The notes beneath the pieces were generated by a model. It had not been told where the DNA came from, made no database searches, and saw only the letters and a list, made by a program, of their open reading frames with translations. A stretch of 12,926 nt of DNA, from NCBI GenBank assembly GCA_038108555.1, contig JAYNIA010000007.1, positions 2,877 through 15,802 of the forward strand. The letters run 5' to 3'. The stretch comes from Nitrospinota bacterium (GTDB taxonomy: Bacteria > Nitrospinota > Nitrospinia > Nitrospinales > VA-1). Position 1 is the first letter of the stretch. Every line of letters starts with the position of its first letter. Made by a program: the position numbers and the translations under genes. Shown piece after piece: positions 6,666 through 12,926 of the stretch.

Positions 6666-9242
6666 GTGAGCTTTCTTTATTATTTTAAAGATCTATTCAA
6701 TGCGCTGATCCTGCGTCCTTTGATTCGAGATCCCTTTCGAACTCTCATCACTATCCTGGGAGTTGCCGTTGGGGTCGCTGTATTTTTGAGCATCCGCCTG
6801 GCAAATCACCAAACCATGATGTCATTTACCGAAAGTGTTGACCTGGTTCTCGGTCGGGCGGACGCCGTCATCCGAGCCGAAGGGATAGACTTTGACGAAA
6901 ATTATTTTGAAAAACTTCACTCCCTGCGAAAAGAAATAAAAGCTTATCCCGTCATCGAGGGTTACGGCCTTGAAACTACCAGCGGGGAGGTTGTGGAAAT
7001 CATCGGCACGGACCTGTTGCAGGACAGCGGCATTCGCGATTTTTCCCTGAAAACCACGGAAAAAGATTTAAAAGGGTTGTTGCCTCTCATCATGGATCCC
7101 ACAGGCGTCATCCTTCCTGAAAAATTCATACCCGGTGTGGAGTTTGATGTAAAAAGCACCCTCACTTTTCTTATCAAGGGAAAAGAGAAAAAGCTTAAAG
7201 TCAATGCGGTGCTGGAAAACAAGGGAATTGGCAAGGCACTCAATGGGAATTTTGCATTGATGGATATCGCCGCAGCCCAAAATATTTTTGAAAAATACGG
7301 AAGATTGGACCGAATCGACATCCAGTTTCTGCAAAAAACAAAGTTTGAAGAGATGCAGAAAAAAATTTCCGCCCTGCTGCCGGACCATCTTCAAGTGGAA
7401 CGGCCACAGCGTAAGAATCAGCAGGTCGAAAAAATGCTGCAGGCCTTTCAATACAATCTAACCGCTCTCAGTTTTGTAGCCCTTCTTGTAGCTCTTTACC
7501 TCATCTACAACATGATTGCTCTGTCGGTGGTAAGACGCCGTGTTGAAATAGGAACATTAAGGGCGCTTGGCGCTACTCCTACGCTGGTCGCATTGATATT
7601 TTTCCTTGAAGCCGGTGTCATCGGTGCTATTGGTTCTTTTCTGGGAATCGGTTTGGGATATTATTTCGCCCAGTTTTCACTCGATGCCATTTCCCTAACG
7701 GTCAACAACCTGTACGCACCCAGTTATGTGACTGAAATAGATTTCCACTGGCATGAAATGGGACCTTATTTTATTTTAGGTGTCATTCTTTCATTTATTT
7801 CTGCTCTTATTCCCGCATGGGATGCCGCAACTACCCCACCCACTTCCGTGATGCGACGTGGGGGCTACGACCTCAAACTCTTCAGAGGAAGCAAACAGTT
7901 AAACGTTTCCGCAGGACTGGTTTTTGTTCTAGCCGGGTTTTGTTCGCAGCTTCCTCCCATCAAACAGTTTCCTTACTTTGGATTCTTTTCTGTTTTTCTG
8001 ATAATTCTGGGATTGTCCATGCTTTCCCCGGCGGCTTTGCTCTGGACTCGGGATCGTTTCCATCATTTTTTTAAAAATATGTTGGGAGGAGAAGGCCTAT
8101 TAGCCTGCATGAACCTTTCACAAAACGTGGGTAGAAATGCCCTTGCTGTTTCCTCCCTTGCCATTGCCTTCATGATGGTAATCAGCATGTCCATTATGGT
8201 TCACAGTTTTAGACAAACGGTGATTGTATGGATCGATCAAACTTTAAAGGCCGATTTATTTGTGCGAGTCGCAGGGGGACGCGATATCGACTACCAGCAC
8301 ACCCTGCCTTCGGACCAGGTTGAAAAACTAAAGAAGGTGGACGGCATAGCCGCGATCGATCAATTTCGAGCCATCGATATCACCTATAACGATCTTCCCG
8401 CAGTCCTCGCAACCGGTGACTTTTCAGTTCTTTCCCAATTCGGAAACCTTGTCATAAAAACCGGCCCCTCTGCACAGGAGTTGGACAACATTATGGTCGG
8501 TCATAACCACGCGATAGTTTCTGAAGCCTTTTCTTTAAAGCACAATGTTCAGGTCGGTGACATTATAAATTTAAAAACACCCAACGGACCTGCGAACCTG
8601 GAAATTGCAGCAATATATTTCGACTATTCACGAGAACGGGGCTACATCATTCTCGACCGCACCACATTTTTGAAATACTATCAGGAAGAACCTATCAACA
8701 GTTTTGTGATTTACTTGAATGACAAATCAAAACTGAATAGTGTCCGCAAAGAAATTTTAAGAAGCCTCAATGAACACAAGTTGATCATACGATCAAACTC
8801 CGAACTCAAGAAACAGGTCCTCGAAGTTTTCGATAAAACCTTTGCCATCACCTACTCCCTCGAAATAATTGCTATTATTGTAGCCGTACTCGGACTGTTC
8901 AACACCCTGGTGTCTCTTATTTTGGAACGGAAAAGGGAGATCGGAATTCTAAGATTCATCGGTGCATTCACACGTCAGGTCAAACGCATGATATTAATTG
9001 AAGCAGGAATTCTGGGAATGATTGGTTCTGCGATGGGCTTAATGGCGGGTATTGTCGTATCTTATATTTTAATTTTCGTAATAAATAAACAATCGTTTGG
9101 CTGGACGATCCAGATCCATTTTCCCTATTTTTATATTTTCCTCCTGGTTGCCTTTTCCTGGGGGATATCCGTTGTTGCCGGGCTCTATCCCGCCCGCCTA
9201 GCGCAACAATTAAACCCCAAAGAAGCGGTCCGGGTTGAATAA
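6666..9242 (+). CDS. ABC transporter permease with two fused MacB-PCD/FtsX halves (AttF/G- or YbbP-like architecture)
   Basis: Two repeats of TM, large periplasmic domain and FtsX TM block: RTLITILGVAVGVA...RRRVEIGTLRALGA and RNALAVSSLAIAF...ERKREIGILRFIGA, ending YPARLAQQLNPKEAVR. The in-frame GTG at 6666, 2 nt after the ATPase stop, is a more likely start than 6612. Confidence 0.92.
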   Translation: MSFLYYFKDLFNALILRPLIRDPFRTLITILGVAVGVAVFLSIRLANHQTMMSFTESVDLVLGRADAVIRAEGIDFDENYFEKLHSLRKEIKAYPVIEGYGLETTSGEVVEIIGTDLLQDSGIRDFSLKTTEKDLKGLLPLIMDPTGVILPEKFIPGVEFDVKSTLTFLIKGKEKKLKVNAVLENKGIGKALNGNFALMDIAAAQNIFEKYGRLDRIDIQFLQKTKFEEMQKKISALLPDHLQVERPQRKNQQVEKMLQAFQYNLTALSFVALLVALYLIYNMIALSVVRRRVEIGTLRALGATPTLVALIFFLEAGVIGAIGSFLGIGLGYYFAQFSLDAISLTVNNLYAPSYVTEIDFHWHEMGPYFILGVILSFISALIPAWDAATTPPTSVMRRGGYDLKLFRGSKQLNVSAGLVFVLAGFCSQLPPIKQFPYFGFFSVFLIILGLSMLSPAALLWTRDRFHHFFKNMLGGEGLLACMNLSQNVGRNALAVSSLAIAFMMVISMSIMVHSFRQTVIVWIDQTLKADLFVRVAGGRDIDYQHTLPSDQVEKLKKVDGIAAIDQFRAIDITYNDLPAVLATGDFSVLSQFGNLVIKTGPSAQELDNIMVGHNHAIVSEAFSLKHNVQVGDIINLKTPNGPANLEIAAIYFDYSRERGYIILDRTTFLKYYQEEPINSFVIYLNDKSKLNSVRKEILRSLNEHKLIIRSNSELKKQVLEVFDKTFAITYSLEIIAIIVAVLGLFNTLVSLILERKREIGILRFIGAFTRQVKRMILIEAGILGMIGSAMGLMAGIVVSYILIFVINKQSFGWTIQIHFPYFYIFLLVAFSWGISVVAGLYPARLAQQLNPKEAVRVE

Positions 9243-9250
9243 AAAAAGAA

Positions 9251-10993
9251 TTATCCCTGAATTGAAGCTTTTAAATCTACCAATCTCAATTCCAGCTTTT
9301 CCCGACCATTCCATGAATTGAGGTGGAGCTCATAGGCAATATCAAATTCTTCATTGGCAATATCCAACGATTCCAATAGGGAGGCGAAGTTGAAAGCTAC
9401 CACCTCTATCTGCCCGACCCCTTGAACCGCGCGAAACCGAGCATGATTTTTTTCCCTGCCAATAAATTTCAATTCTTTTATTTTTATTTTATTGGAACGA
9501 AAGGAGGGGACGGGGTTTTCTGCTCCAAAAGGTTCCAGCAAGGAAACACTTTTATAAAAAGGAAAATCTATTTGTGAAATTTCCAGGATGGTATCAATCC
9601 TCACTTCGGGAATTAAATCCTCTTCCTGCAAAAATTGATTCCCCACTTCGTTCATGGCATTTCGAAAGCTCTCTATTTTATCTTCCGAAATGCTTAGTCC
9701 TGCGGCATAGGCATGTCCACCAAACTGGATCAAATGCGAAGAACAATGGGTAAATGCTTTAAACAAATTAAACTTGGGTATGCTTCGACCTGAACCTTTC
9801 CCGACTCCTTCTTCCAGGGCAATTAAAACTGTAGGGCGGTGGTATTTGTCGACGATCTTTGATGCCGCGATGCCAATGACTCCAGGATGAAAAATTTCCG
9901 AAGCCAGCACAATCACTCTTTCATTTTCAAGATCGCATTCGTTATGGATTAACGACTCGGCTTCCAGGAAAGTTTCCTCCTGAATTTCTTTTCTTTCCTT
10001 GTTCGTATTCTCAAGTTCGCTCGCCATGGCTTTTGCCGCTGACAAGTCTGTTGCCGTCAAGAGATGCAATCCATTATCCGCTTTACCCAACCGCCCCGCT
10101 GCATTGAGCCGCGGCCCCAAACCGAATCCCACCGAGCGGGCATCCACGTTTCCAACAATCCCCGCAGCTTCCTTTAACGCAACCAGTCCGGGTTTGGCAG
10201 ATGTGGATAATACATCCAAACCATGCCGGGTTAGAATATGATTTTCTCCCGTTAAAGGAGCAACATCGGCAATGGTTCCCAAGGCGAAAAGATCGAGGTG
10301 TCGTTTCAGATTAGGAAGGTTTTCTTTTTTTATTCCTGCCGAATGAAGTCCGTTTCGGATTGCAATCGCTAGTTTAAAAGCGAGCCCCACCCCACTTAAA
10401 AACCGGAAGGGATAACTGCATTCTTCACGATGCGGGTTCAGCACAGCCACCGCAGGAGGCAATCCCTCCTCCCCCACCTGATGGTGATCGGTGACTATCA
10501 CATCCAGGCCCAGTTCATTTGCCAGGGCTACCTCTTTCACACCTGTGATACCGCAGTCAGCGGTAATCATCAGGCGGGCACCCCGCTTGTAAATCTTGTG
10601 AATGGCATCCTCGTTTAGTCCATAGCCTTCCGCCTGCCTCTCTGGGAGGTAGGCATCCACCGAACAATTGAGATCGCGAAAAAAATGGGTTAAAAATGCC
10701 GCCGAGGTCACGCCATCAACATCGTAATCACAAAAAACGATAATCGACTCTTTTTGATTTATTGCGCGAATCACACGATCCACGGCCTGGTCCATTCCTT
10801 CCATCAGGAAGGGATCGTGCAACAAAGACAGATCAGCCTGTAAAAAAATCCTGGCCTCTTCCGCCGTTGAGATTCCGCGGTTCAACAAAAGCACCGCCAC
10901 CGCCTGGGGAACATCCAACTCTTTTGCCAGGCCCAGGGCCTGTTCAGGTGCTACCTCGGTGAGACACCATTTTTTTTTCAGAAAAGAAAGCAT
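9251..10993 (-). CDS. recJ: Single-stranded-DNA-specific exonuclease RecJ
   Basis: DHH-family motifs CDYDVDG, ITADCG, TDHH, GTIADV, GPRLNAAGR, GSGRS and GGHAYAAG, then LEPFGAENP and a C-terminal OB-fold region. The ATG at 10993 is preferred over the TTG at 10996. Confidence 0.97.
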   Translation of the reverse strand: MLSFLKKKWCLTEVAPEQALGLAKELDVPQAVAVLLLNRGISTAEEARIFLQADLSLLHDPFLMEGMDQAVDRVIRAINQKESIIVFCDYDVDGVTSAAFLTHFFRDLNCSVDAYLPERQAEGYGLNEDAIHKIYKRGARLMITADCGITGVKEVALANELGLDVIVTDHHQVGEEGLPPAVAVLNPHREECSYPFRFLSGVGLAFKLAIAIRNGLHSAGIKKENLPNLKRHLDLFALGTIADVAPLTGENHILTRHGLDVLSTSAKPGLVALKEAAGIVGNVDARSVGFGLGPRLNAAGRLGKADNGLHLLTATDLSAAKAMASELENTNKERKEIQEETFLEAESLIHNECDLENERVIVLASEIFHPGVIGIAASKIVDKYHRPTVLIALEEGVGKGSGRSIPKFNLFKAFTHCSSHLIQFGGHAYAAGLSISEDKIESFRNAMNEVGNQFLQEEDLIPEVRIDTILEISQIDFPFYKSVSLLEPFGAENPVPSFRSNKIKIKELKFIGREKNHARFRAVQGVGQIEVVAFNFASLLESLDIANEEFDIAYELHLNSWNGREKLELRLVDLKASIQG

Positions 10994-11000
10994 CAATTAA

Positions 11001-11609
11001 TTACCGGTTGATGTGCTCTGAAACCCCTTTAAAGGTTATGCGATGGATGGGACAAGGCCCGTGTTCTTGTATTAAAGTCCGATGAAGCTTTGTCCCATAT
11101 CCCTTGTGGCGATCAAATCCATACTGGGGATAGATTTTATGGTAGTCATCCATTATCCGATCACGGGTTACTTTCGCAAGAACGGATGCCGCAGCAATGG
11201 AGAAACTATTGGAATCACCTTTTACTATGGGCCATTGTTCCAGGGCAGACTCTATTTTTTGATTTCCGTCAATAAGTAAAAGGTCTGGTTGCGGATTCAA
11301 CTGGTCCACCGCCTTTTTCATGGCTAACCGTGCCGCCTGTAAAATATTGATTTCATCAATCACGTCACGATCTACATCCGCCACCCCAAAAGCAATAGCC
11401 TTTTCCTTAATTATCGGAAACAACTCTTCGCGTTTTTTTACGGACAGTTTTTTGGAATCATCCAGGCCAGCAATATTTATATGGGATGGGAATATGACAG
11501 CAGCCGCAACGACCGGACCTGCAAGAGGCCCACGACCTGCCTCATCCACCCCTGCAATGGTTCCATACCCTTTTACCCGACCCTGCGTTTCATATTTGAA
11601 CAGATCCAT
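11001..11609 (-). CDS. rnhB: Ribonuclease HII
   Basis: Motifs AGVDEAGRGPLAGPV, LDDSKKL, IDEINILQA, LIDGN, IVKGD, AAASVLAKVTRD, HKGYGT and CPIHR. Confidence 0.98.
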   Translation of the reverse strand: MDLFKYETQGRVKGYGTIAGVDEAGRGPLAGPVVAAAVIFPSHINIAGLDDSKKLSVKKREELFPIIKEKAIAFGVADVDRDVIDEINILQAARLAMKKAVDQLNPQPDLLLIDGNQKIESALEQWPIVKGDSNSFSIAAASVLAKVTRDRIMDDYHKIYPQYGFDRHKGYGTKLHRTLIQEHGPCPIHRITFKGVSEHINR

Positions 11610-11615
11610 TGCTGA

Positions 11616-11644
11616 AGCATAATGTATCCCCTTACCGTACGCAA
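11616..11644 (-). promoter_or_regulatory. Sigma70-like promoter for rnhB-recJ, predicted leaderless transcript
   Basis: Minus strand reads TTGCGT(11644-11639)-17 bp-TATGCT(11621-11616)-TCAGCA-ATG(11609). Confidence 0.55.
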
Positions 11645-11666
11645 CCCATCCCTAAAGGTTGGGTTG
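11642..11666. repeat. Inverted repeat overlapping both divergent -35 boxes
   Basis: CAACCCA-TCCCTAAAGGT-TGGGTTG: perfect 7-bp arms, plus 2 more pairs after one mismatch. Confidence 0.6.
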
Positions 11667-11692
11667 AATTACAAAAAAGAGGCTTTTATAAT
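11664..11692 (+). promoter_or_regulatory. Sigma70-like promoter for the M48 peptidase, predicted leaderless transcript
   Basis: TTGAAT(11664-11669)-17 bp-TATAAT(11687-11692)-TAAGCT-ATG(11699). There is no SD at normal spacing. Confidence 0.7.
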
Positions 11693-11698
11693 TAAGCT

Positions 11699-12577
11699 AT
11701 GCTTAAACATTTAATTTTTATATTGATTTCTGTTCTTATCATTTCGGCCTGTGCCACCACCCCGGTCTCAAATCGATCTGCTTTTATTCTCATTCCCGAG
11801 TCACAGGAAATTTCCCTGGGGAAACAGTCCTACAACGAAATATTAAAAAAAGAAAAGGTATCGGAAAACGAAGATTTAAATAAAATTGTACAAAGAGTGG
11901 GCAAACGGATTATTGCCGTCAGCGATATGCCAAAGTTGGATTGGGAAATCAAACTCATAGAGTCGGACCAAAAAAATGCATTCGCTTTACCAGGAGGCAA
12001 AATTGCTATTTATACCGGGATTCTCCCTGTCGCCAAAAACGAAGCGGGGCTTGCCACCGTCATGAGCCATGAAATTGCTCATGTTATCGCACGTCATGGT
12101 GCGCAAAGAATGTCTCAACAAATATTATTGCAGGGAGGAATGCTGGCAGCGGGCCTTAGTATGAATGACAGCAAATATAGGAATTTAATTCTTTCTGCCA
12201 TGGGAGTTGGAGTCCTTTACGGCTTCACCCTGCCATTCAGCCGATCCCACGAAAGTGAAGCCGACCAGATTGGATTGATCTATATGGCTAAGGCAGGTTA
12301 CGACCCGAATGAAGCCATTAATTTCTGGCAAAGGTTCAGCCAGATTAAAGGAAATAATGGCCCGCCGGAATGGGCATCGACCCACCCCGCAGACACAACA
12401 CGTATGCAAGGGTTAAGAGGTTTCCTGGGCCGGGCAAACTATTCTTACAGAAATTTAAAAGTAAAATACGGACTCGGAGAGACTTTTGACCTGGCTCCAA
12501 CAAACAAAACTCCCGAAAAGCCGCAGGCTATACCGGGAGTTTCTGTTGAAACCATGAGTTCCCAAAATGGGAAATAA
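11699..12577 (+). CDS. M48-family zinc metallopeptidase, lipoprotein (Oma1/LoiP-like)
   Basis: Signal peptide with lipobox ISAC, NAFALPGGKIAIYTG, zinc motif HEIAH, third-ligand motif FSRSHESEAD, MAKAGYDP and STHP. Confidence 0.94.
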   Translation: MLKHLIFILISVLIISACATTPVSNRSAFILIPESQEISLGKQSYNEILKKEKVSENEDLNKIVQRVGKRIIAVSDMPKLDWEIKLIESDQKNAFALPGGKIAIYTGILPVAKNEAGLATVMSHEIAHVIARHGAQRMSQQILLQGGMLAAGLSMNDSKYRNLILSAMGVGVLYGFTLPFSRSHESEADQIGLIYMAKAGYDPNEAINFWQRFSQIKGNNGPPEWASTHPADTTRMQGLRGFLGRANYSYRNLKVKYGLGETFDLAPTNKTPEKPQAIPGVSVETMSSQNGK

Positions 12578-12592
12578 ATTTTCAATTCAAGA

Positions 12593-12640
12593 CAAACCAG
12601 CGGAAGGAATAAGCATTAAAAATTTTTCCCTCCTGGTTTG
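12593..12640. terminator. Imperfect stem-loop between the convergent M48 and rplS genes, possible terminator or 3'-stabilising hairpin
   Basis: CAAACCAG(CGGAAGGAA)...(TTCCCTC)CTGGTTTG: 8 perfect outer pairs and an imperfect inner stem, with a large AT-rich loop and no strong adjacent U-tract. Confidence 0.4.
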
Positions 12641-12653
12641 GAGCCCACTCTGA

Positions 12654-12926
12654 TCAGGAAGACGATGCTTTTGCAGCTTTAGCCGCTTTGGCCTTTTTAC
12701 CCCGTTTGGGTGTCTTCTTGGCTTTTGAAGTGGGTCGGACAGGCTTAAGCTCTTTCAACCTAGCGGCCTTGCCACGCAGTTCTCTCAGATAATACAACTT
12801 CGCCTGACGAACTTTGGCACGTTTGACGATTTCAATTTTTTCAACACGGGGAGAATGAAATGGAAATATGCGTTCGACACCAATCCCAAAGGAAATTTTC
12901 CTTACCGTCAGAGTCTTTCGCGCTCC
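12654..12926 (-). CDS. rplS: 50S ribosomal protein L19, 5'-truncated by the window edge
   Basis: Manual translation: [90 protein letters not shown]. It contains the L19 signatures GVERIFP and KVRxAKLYYLR. Stop TGA at 12656-12654. Confidence 0.97.
   Translation of the reverse strand, partial: GARKTLTVRKISFGIGVERIFPFHSPRVEKIEIVKRAKVRQAKLYYLRELRGKAARLKELKPVRPTSKAKKTPKRGKKAKAAKAAKASSS

Noticed and set aside
5945..11637. CGGTAAGG present upstream of both the ABC ATPase and rnhB
   Set aside because: Its position relative to the two promoters differs, and the same 8-mer also occurs inside htrA and rplS coding sequence.
6962..12409. Short alternative ORFs within the permease, recJ, rnhB and M48 genes
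   Set aside because: They lie almost entirely inside conserved genes and have no independent coding evidence.
1..12926. CRISPR arrays, tRNA/rRNA, IS elements, integrases and tandem repeats
   Set aside because: All intergenic gaps are 118 bp or shorter. By eye I found no repeat-spacer pattern, cloverleaf, transposase or integrase motif.

Overview
This is a gene-dense housekeeping region of a bacterial chromosome. The lipoprotein signals and gene content suggest a diderm host. A Nitrospinota or deltaproteobacteria-like host is my impression only and is not demonstrated. There are 11 CDSs. On the minus strand, in transcription order: class I PLP aminotransferase, MoeB-rhodanese (MoeZ-type), SDR oxidoreductase, lipoprotein HtrA protease, and PMM/PGM, which runs off the left edge. 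Divergent from these on the plus strand is an ABC ATPase plus a double-MacB/FtsX permease, convergent with rnhB-recJ (minus). An M48 lipoprotein peptidase (plus) sits between rnhB and the 3' part of rplS (minus, partial at the right edge). PMM/PGM and rplS are missing from the ORF track and were translated by hand. I found no mobile element, CRISPR array, RNA gene, defence system or orphan ORF, so I cannot claim a new multi-gene system. The most interesting signals are regulatory. Two back-to-back sigma70-like promoters (-35/17 bp/-10) each end exactly 6 nt before the ATG of rnhB or the M48 gene, predicting leaderless mRNAs, and one inverted repeat overlaps both -35 boxes. A weaker third case lies at the ABC ATPase. 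An anti-SD element just after the aminotransferase stop codon could sequester the moeB ribosome-binding site.
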